Assembly (NCBI RefSeq): GCF_009914755.1
Contig: NC_060938.1
DNA from: the human T2T-CHM13v2.0 reference genome, Homo sapiens
DNA: 64,000 nucleotides
Reading direction: 5' to 3' (one strand)
Shown: piece after piece, positions 45,300 through 64,000 of the stretch
Numbering within the stretch: the stretch's first letter is position 1
Layout: the number at the start of each line of letters is the position of its first letter
Made by a program: the position numbers and the translations under genes
The notes under the pieces: model-generated
Database searches by the model: none
What the model saw: the letters and a program-made list of their open reading frames with translations, nothing else
Told to the model about the DNA's origin: nothing

Positions 45300-46750
45300 T
45301 CCCTCTTGAAAGCTGCCACTTCATTCATTCCCATCCCCCTTCCAGGGTCTTCAGCCTCTCCTGGATGAGCCCTTTCCCTGCACACATGCTTGTGTCTCTC
45401 TCAGCTGGCATCAAGGACACTCTCCCCACCTGTCCCCTGGCTGCCATTCTCTCCTTCCCGTCAGAGCCAAGAGACTAGGACAAGCTGGGCCTTCTGCTGT
45501 CCCCACACTTGGCCCACCGACCCCTCGACACAGTGTGTCTCAGCCTCTGCTTCCTTCATTCTTGCCTGAAACATGGGAAGCATAGCCATGCTTCCCTGGC
45601 TAAGATCTCCAGGAACTCCATATTGCCAAGTCCAACAGACACCTTTCTGGCCTTACCTTCCTCCATCTCAGCCCAGCACCTGACTCTCACCCTGAGCCCG
45701 GTCCGCAGGTCTCCTTCGGCAGACCAGACACCACTTCTTGGGATCATCCTTCCACCCCTCCTGCTACTCATTCTCCTCCCGGGCTGTTCCTCCCCTAGGC
45801 CTGGGATGTTGGAGCACTAGCTCCCACCATTCCATCTCATCTCCTCATTCTGCCCACTTTCCTTTCAGGGCCCTCTTCCAAACTCACACCTCTACCTACC
45901 ACCCACAAAGAGGACAACACCTCTCACTTCTTGCCTAGACCTGTGTGCAGAGGCCAGACCTGCGTGTCTACCTGCTTATCCATCATCTCATTCCCTGCCC
46001 CAACCCCGGTGTCCAGAGGGGAGCTGGGCCTCTTCCCCTAACCCTCCTTGGCCTGCGGCATTCCCTGGGCACCCAAGCTGAGGGATGACCCTGCCCCCTT
46101 TCTCCCTCTGCCTCATCCTCCTGAGTCTGGGCACCAGGGCCCGTGGACCTCTCCTCCCCACAGTGCTCACGCTCAGCCTCTCCCAGCGCCACAGCCCCCT
46201 CCTCCTTCGGCTTCACCACCTCTCGCCTGGATAACTGCAATCGCCTCCTAGCTGGTTTCTCAATCTTGGTTTTCCCTCCCCTCCAATCCAGTCCTCATAC
46301 TGCTGCCAGAAAGATCTTTCCAAATGGCAAATCAGGCCATGTCCCTCGCAGCTCACAGAATCCTTCAAGGGCCCTTTGTGATTAATTCCAAGACCCACGT
46401 TTTTTTCTCACAGAAGATCTTGCTGGCTGGTCCTGCCTCGCCTCCTCCCCACTCTCCAGCCAAACCCAACTAAGTCTTTGCCTTTCCGGAGGGAACTTGC
46501 TCTCCTGCCTCCCCAGTTTCACTTCCAGCAGGAGCTCCTTTCTATCATCCTCGCTCCTCGTCCTTTATGGGCCCTATCTCCAGAAAGAGGTCTTTCCCCG
46601 TGGCCTTGACCCGTGCTCCTGAGCACCATGGTCACAGCACCATCGCCAGTGCTGCTGTTGACTTTCCTTTGCCCCGTCCCCCAGTGCTGAGAGTCCTGGT
46701 GGCAGGAGACCCCTGAGCCAGGCAAGAATAAGGGCAACAAGACAGCTAAC
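45300..46750 (+). mobile_element. L2 LINE remnant (RT region to 3' end)
   Basis: Pyrimidine-rich L2 text: CTCCATATTGCCAAGTCCAA, CCTGGATAACTGCAATCGCCTCCTAGCTGGT, CTGCTGCCAGAAAGATCTTT. Confidence 0.7.
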
Positions 46751-47175
46751 AGTCACTGGAAGCCAACAAGCTGGCTGGTGCTGACACAGAACATGCACCA
46801 CTGTCTCTTTGGATTCTTCCTGCCACCTTGTGAGGGATATTCCTCCTTCCCAGGGAGGACTCAAGCCCAGAGAGATCAAGTAACTTGCCCAAAGTTAATA
46901 GCAGAGCCAAGATTTGAACCCACACATCAATCGATAGATGTATGTTGAGTGAAAGCACGTTTTCACGGAGGCGTGGAGCTTGGATGAGTCTTGAAGGAGG
47001 AGGGGCGTGATAGGTGGGCAAAAGGAGAAGGAAGCCACGTGTTGGGCAGAAGCACATCCTGGGCTGAGTACTCTCCACAGCCTGCTCCAGACTTCCCTCA
47101 CCTCTGCCATCCCCAGGAACAGGAACCCTGCGCCAGGCACTCAGCCACAGTGGGCAAAGAAAGAGCCCTGTGGTA

Positions 47176-51324
<4,149 letters not shown>

Positions 51325-51839
51325 TCACACTCAGACTCAAGGAGATGTGGAAAGGGCCAAGGGATGGGGCTGGTGCTGTGAGTCTTGGTTTCCTGGGCTC
51401 TGCAGGTCAGAAGTTTGTGGCCCTCTGCACAAAGGAACACTGGAGTCTGGGCAGACCCAGGCTCTAGGCTGCCTGGGGCTTGGATTGCACTGGGTCTAAA
51501 GGGCCTTGGCTACTTAACCTCTCTGAGCTCAGTTGGCACATCTATAAAGTGGGGCTCATCACGCCTTCCTCCTAGACAGGCCTAAAGCTGGAATGGTACA
51601 ATGTGCAGCTGCCAGGAACATTGCACAGCATCTGGCCTGTCCCTAGACTCCTTCAGTTCCCCCTTTAGCTGTGGAGGAGAGATGGCCAGGCAGAGGTGGG
51701 TGGCAGGGAGAGAACTGAGAAGCCCCAAGCTGAAGGGAAAACGGGGGAGTCCTTGGTGTCCCTCCCTTACCCCCTCCTTCCATGCCAAGATAGTTGCTCC
51801 CTGTTGGTTTGGAGTCAGTTGCTTATCTGACTCTAAACC

Positions 51840-55360
<3,521 letters not shown>

Positions 55361-58300
55361 ATTCCAACTTCCTGACTTGATGAAGTATTACAGAAAACAA
55401 AAGTGAGTTTCAGTATTTATTACATCAGCCAGTCTGGGCTGGATGCAAGTGAAAACGCACCTTGAATCTTACATTGAGGACTTGATACGGTGAGCCGCCT
55501 TCGATGGTGGACTATGGTGCTGCCTTCAGAGATCAAGGTCAAGAAATTACTCCCATTGGCCTATTCTCTCAAAGCTGTTGAATTGAGTCCTCATTGCCCC
55601 ACCACTCTGCCCACTTAAACATGTCGTTTGGATTTGCTGCACAAATGATGCACAAAGATAAATATGAATTTTTAAATGTTGGCCACTTTGGCTCTGAGGG
55701 GAAAGGGAGTGAGAAGGATAGGAAACGAGGGTCAGAAGAAATGGAGGTAAAATGGAGATGAATGGAGCCTCGGCTCATCCAGAGGCCTGGGCTGAATCTC
55801 AGAAACCCACAAGAATCCTTACACGCCAGAGAGGAAAAGTGCTTCCTAGGCGTCCAATGTGGAAAGCTTCAGGGAAAGGAGAATCCAGCTGAGGGATCAG
55901 AGAAAGGCTGGTTAAGGCAACCAAACTAGCAGCTGAATGGGTCCCAGCAAAGGAAAAGTTCACATGGTTTAAAAAAAAAAAAAGCCTCCATTTAACAAGT
56001 GGTCCCCGGCTATGATAAACTTTAATTAACTGCACTATCATAATTCACTTCTAGCCTGGGTTCCACCCCAACCTGCTCTCTCCCTCCCACTCCCTCCCTC
56101 CTCTCCCCAACGTCTCTAGTCAGGTTTCCTTAGTGAAACCAAACTGGCCTCCATGGCTGGATGCCTCATTATTACAGCTGCTGCTTCTACTGTTCATAAT
56201 AGCACCCAGCAACAAGAAGGAAAGAAACGATGCTGTTCTCAGTGCTTAAAGACAGGCCCTCCTTTCCTACCTATGTGCACTAGTAATCAAGGGTCTTACA
56301 ATCCTAAAAGTTCCTGAGCTTAATACCATAGTGATGAAGAGACAGTTGCAGGCCGGCAGGAGCAGCTGTGCACAGAAACCGGTAACAGGGACAACTCCCA
56401 GCTGGAGCCACCAGACACAACTCATAAGGTCCACGCCCAGACAGGTGATCCACATGTCTAAATTCACATGCACTGTGCAATGCCGGAGGAGGGGTGGCTG
56501 CACCCACCGCTCCTTCCTTCAATGATAGTTAAATTATACCCGTGACACTGTATTCTCAGGCTGTTGAGCTTTACCAATTTTAAGAGTATGTGCCTTGGGA
56601 GCGGGAGTTGGGAGCATCTTAGAGGATCTTCCAGGCAAAACATGCTTGGTTTTTATTAATGAACTTACACAAAAAGCCAACCCAGACCTTTAAGTGCAAT
56701 GTGTGATTGGTAGCCAGGCGAGGATGGGTTTTGGAATTAACTCTTCCTACAGTCTGCTATGCATTATCACCCCCAAGTTAATTACCCCTGCGGATGAAAA
56801 TAGGTTTCATGACTCATAAGCACCAATACAACACTTGGCAGCAGATGAAAATGCAAGGACACATTTGCAGGAAGCTGACATGAATATCTATTTATATGTG
56901 GGGAGATTCTTAGAGGTGAGGCAGGCACCTCCCATGTACCAGGATTAAGAGGCTGCAGCAGATCCATCAATATTGCCACTTATCCACACCCACACACACA
57001 CACGCGAGTGCGCGTGCACACAGAGTCCTGGTTTCCACCACTTCAGTGATGGCAGTGGCAAAGCAGGAAAAGAAACTAAAAGGGTGTTATTAACAAGTTC
57101 CGACACCAGCCCGGCCTCCACACCAGAGTTCTGGGCGAACCAGTGATTTGTTTCTCCCCAAACGTGCCTGTACCCATCCCCACCTCCCAGTCTTCCCACT
57201 CCTTTGATGGGAGTGGAGTGGGGGATCCAAGTTTCTTAATAGTCCTTCAGCCTTGGAGGGGACCAACAGGGCCCAGCTCGCCCCGCCCAGGAATGAGATG
57301 TGGCCAGGAATCAATTTGACTGGATTGCCGGGTTTTGTTTTGCTTCCTCCCTCCTGTTTTCTGCTCTTCTATTTGCCTCCCAGGAAAGTACAAGGTTCAG
57401 ATCAGGTTTGTTTGCCTTCCCCTACCACTGGGAGGACTCCAGGCTGCTCTCAGCCCACGAGCAGGGGCTCTGCTCTAAAGGGCAGTAGTCTTCTCTCCGC
57501 TTCCCCGCCTCTCTGCACCTCACAAACGCCGCCAAAAGCTGATTAGATGAATAATTGCATTGCTTCACCAGCAGGAATGGATTTTTATTTGATGTTGGAA
57601 GTAAACCTTTGCTTCAGGAACTAAGTTTGGGGTTTTCCCCCCTCTTCCTCATCCTCAGAAACCCTCTCTAATCAACTAAGTCTTTAGAATTATTTCTGCC
57701 TTTAAAAATAATTATTTAAAATACAAGAAAGAAAACTTGTAATGAATGAGGTGAAAACTGGTTTTCCAAGGAACCAGCCTGAAGCTACTGCGGACTCTCC
57801 AAGGCTGAGTGTATGCATTTGCTCCCAGCTCTGTGGCAGTTTTGTTTTAAATATGCAGACTGATGTCTGTCATATCTAAGAAGCAAAGCATCCTAGCTTT
57901 TCTCCTAGACTTTTTCGCCCACTTGTCAAGTCACCAGCTGCACTGGGTGTCAGCCTATGTTCACCGCCACAGGGCGAGGCACCAGAAAGCATTCTTGACA
58001 ATGCCATTTGCAGCTGGGCCCGCATCCGGGGGAAAATAGAGATGCTGAAGAGTAAACCGAAATCGCTTAGTCAGCAACTGTCGCCTCCCCAAGAGGTGAA
58101 TTTAAATAGCCTGGTACCGAGGGGGAGGGGCAGCAAGGCAGCACAGGGCCTTTCCCACAGGCCAGCTCCCAGGGCTTTCAAAAGCACTAGGATTTTCGTT
58201 CTATACTGGAGGTAGGGAGGGTGTCGCCTACGTCGGAGTTGCATGGCCTTAGCCCTAGAAAGACAAAATTGCTGACTCAGCGCAGTTAATATCAATTGAA

Positions 58301-58306
58301 TTTATT
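58301..58306 (-). terminator. Main polyadenylation signal (AATAAA) of IRF2BPL; 3'UTR about 58280-59135
   Basis: TTTATT on + about 830 nt past the stop, at the end of a U/GU-rich UTR-like stretch. Confidence 0.75.
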
Positions 58307-59135
58307 ACAAGTTACTAAGCTCCAAGGCACATTACAGTGTTCTGTTAACTACAGAAATGTATAAAGGACAAACAGAGCAGATTCTCCATGTCTAGCATTT
58401 CGCTCTACTGTTCAAAAGCATCCGTGCATCAATAAAGCAAAAACAAAACAACACGTGTAGATCCAACACATTCAGGTCAGTAGAAACAAACCAAAACATT
58501 TTCCCCTCACAAACTTGCAACAAAATACACCCCATCCCCCCCGACACCCCCTTACCATTTTGCAAACAAAACAGAAAAACAAAACAAAACAGAACAAAAT
58601 AAAGTGAAGACTTCAACACTTGGGGCAGTTTAGAAGGAAGCTTTCACCATTTTATAGCATTTTTTTTTTTTTTTTTTTTTTTTTTTTAGGCAGCAACACT
58701 GGCCTTGGCAAAAAAAAAAAAAAAAAAAAAGTCTTTTTCTTTTGTGTGTGTTTTTCCTTTCAGAGAGTGCATAACATTTACAAAAATACACACCAGCAGC
58801 AGTCGTTGCTAAGGGCTATTAATTCTGTACCTAGGCAAACATTCTGCCACCAAATAAATGCTAACGATATGATGCAAATGACCCAACCAATACTATACTG
58901 CTTAACACAAACCAGCTTATCCTTCAAATGAAGAAGTTACATACCTTTGTTTCAAAATATAGAAACATACGACGAAAATAATGTCTATACATAAGACTAA
59001 CTTTTTGCAGTTTCGTTATATTCACAATTCTACACCTTGGGGGTGAGGGGAGGGAGGGTCGAGTTGGGTTGGGGGAGGGGCCCTCAGGATTGGAGAGGAG
59101 CTGGTCTAGGGCAAAGGAGGTGGCTGCCCAGTGGT

Positions 59136-61763
<2,628 letters not shown>

Positions 61764-62280
61764 CTACTGCGGTTGACTCGTCGCGAGGGGAGCTCAGGCG
61801 CCTTCTTCCTGGTGCTGCAGACTTGGGCTGGAAGCTCCCGGCCCGAGGGGAGGGGGCGAGGGTGCCCGGTGGTGGCCGCCGTTGCCTCTTGGCCCCCTCC
61901 CCGGAGTGGCTGGTGCGTGGAAGCTCGAAAGGGGCTGTCTCTTCCTCTCCCCGGGGACCCCCCTACGAGCTGCGTCCTCTCCCCGACGGGCCCCCTGGGG
62001 CGAGGGCCAGAGGGTTCAGTGCCACCCGGTGCCCGGGTCCAATCTTGCTGAAGCCGCTGCTTCCCCGGAAGACCGGGGGAGGGGGTGGCAGCCGAGAAAG
62101 GACCTTCTCCCCTCCGCAGCGTCGGCCGTTCTGCTGGCGGCGACTGGGTTTGCACCCCGGAGGGAGCCGCCGCGGCCACTGCTTCCAGGACGCACGAGAG
62201 CAGAGGAGAGGAGTGCACGCACGCAGGCTCCCGCCGCCCCCAGGCCTGGCCGGCGCCCGGGCCGCCGCGGCTGGCGGCGC

Positions 62281-62328
62281 TCACGTTGGCTGCAGGGCGC
62301 TCGCGCGGCGCCTCGGCCCGGGTCGCAT
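62281..62328 (-). other. Upstream ORF in the IRF2BPL 5'UTR (MRPGPRRRASALQPT*)
   Basis: Only ATG found on the minus strand between about 62440 and the main ATG; TGA at 62281-62283. Confidence 0.6.
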
Positions 62329-62439
62329 CCCTTCCCGCTCGTGCTCACGCTCGCCCGGAATGTGGGGTTGTGATTGTTACTCTACGTTCCGGAGGCGCGT
62401 CTCGGCGCTCCTGCTCCGGCTGCGGCTCGCGCTGTCCCC

Positions 62440-62640
62440 GGCTTGGCCGCGCGGGATGCCGCCCGGGCGGAGCGCTGACGTCACCGCCATGCTCTGCACC
62501 AGTTCTTCCCCCTCCCCTTTACACTTCCTCTGTGGAGCCCACTTGTTGCTCAGGCAAGGCGCATGCGCGGCAGGACGCCCAGATTCCTCCCAGCCGGCCC
62601 CTCCTCCGCGCCTCCGCCCTCCCCTCCCCCCTCGCCGTGT
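62440..62640 (-). promoter_or_regulatory. IRF2BPL TATA-less core promoter with GC box, full CRE and NRF1 site
   Basis: GGGCGG 62465-62470; TGACGTCA 62476-62483; GCGCATGCGC 62559-62568; further Sp/KLF-type C-rich runs to about 62635. A TSS near 62.44 kb is inferred, not seen. Confidence 0.7.
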
Positions 62641-63367
62641 GTGTACAACAGCTGAGGCCCGGCGAGCTAATGCTGGAAGTCCAGAGCTGGGGGTGGAAAT
62701 TAAACAGACGATGACCTTTCCTTTCCCTGCCCGGCATTCCCAAGTAAAAACGCATTTAAGAACCACTAGCGTCGTTTCCGATCCCTGCTCCCCACCCCAC
62801 CCCCAAGCCTCGGCAGTGAATTTAAATGTCCTGTTTCAGGATTTTTCGCCGTGAATTTCGTATAAGGTATTAACCATTTCATCTGCGGTTGAACCTTATC
62901 CCCCCCGGCATGGATGTTAAATTCATCGCCACCACTGATGCCGAAGCACCTGCAAAATTAGCTGTTTTCCAATCTTCCAGAAATTGTCTTTTCTATTTGT
63001 TTTTGTGCCCTGATCTAGGAACCCGGGCTTCAACGATAGAGCTAAATGAATTCAGAGTGCGCTACCCTTCCCCCCAGCCGCACTTTAAAAATTTTGGCTG
63101 AACGTCTGAAGAAGATACGAGCACCCCGAGGCCTTTAAGGAAAACAGGCAACTGGCTGCGCACAGCTGCAGTTCAGGGCAGGGAGGGGGAGGGGCCGGAG
63201 AGGCCAAACAGGTGAGTGTTTTTTCTAGAGTTTGATTTTTAAAAGGTGGAGGCAGCATTTAATAATACTGATACATTTTTGTAAAGCACAGCCGCAGTTT
63301 TCAAAGTTCTTTCTCAGGCGCTGTGATCTCACTCCATGTTGCCCCAGAAGGCGGAACAAGGCCGTGA

Positions 63368-63677
<310 letters not shown>

Positions 63678-64000
63678 TGATTTCTTCTGCCTTACAAGAT
63701 CACTGCTCATCAGTATTGCTTATGGCACGATGGATATGTTGGTCATAGCTCTAGTTGGGGCATTTCTATTGATTATTCTAATTATTGGGTTTGCTTTTTT
63801 TTTTTTTTTATTTCATGAAAACTGAGATAATCCCAGGGAAGGCTGGAGAAGGGAAAGCAATATAATGGGATTTCGGATTCTGAAGTGTGGCCCACCAGAT
63901 TGAAATTTCCTCTCCATCACTAACTGGCTCTCCACCCTTAAGCTAGTTACCCACAAAATCTCTCTTTTCCATGGAAAAGAGAATGGAATGATAGCTCCCA

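Noticed and set aside
57960-57990. CTCF-like motif CGCCACAGGGCG
   Set aside because: Only a partial match to the core; cannot be supported without a PWM score or ChIP data.
62061-62070. TTCCCCGGAA STAT6-type spacing in the 5'UTR
   Set aside because: Single short motif in GC-rich DNA, expected by chance.

Overview
Human (primate) genomic DNA, about 64 kb, recognisable as the IRF2BPL locus (14q24.3, from recall). The only protein-coding gene I can support is intronless IRF2BPL on the minus strand (CDS 59136-61523, 795 aa, 24-Gln allele), which lies in a CpG island with a CRE/GC-box/NRF1 promoter at about 62.4-62.6 kb and has a poly(A) signal at 58301. The first 55 kb are intergenic and dense in repeats: roughly 70 Alu copies or fragments counted by eye, plus L1, L2, MIR, MER5, Tigger4, MER45, MER41, MLT and LTR47-like relics. 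Nearly all other ORFs in the track are Alu or GC-content artefacts. I found no new multi-gene system. The most unusual structures are: (1) a full-length RPLP1 retrocopy carrying a 134-bp templated copy of DNA from 1080 bp upstream and a nested, TSD-flanked, polyadenylated internal Alu fragment; (2) a MER41+Alu composite bracketed by an L1-type TSD; (3) a second non-tandem 147-bp local duplication flanking an RFX X-box; (4) a U21/A28 hairpin in the IRF2BPL 3'UTR with two miRNA seed sites between its arms; (5) a single uORF and an open non-AUG N-terminal extension in the 5'UTR. Repeat family names come from recalled consensus sequences, and repeat boundaries are approximate.
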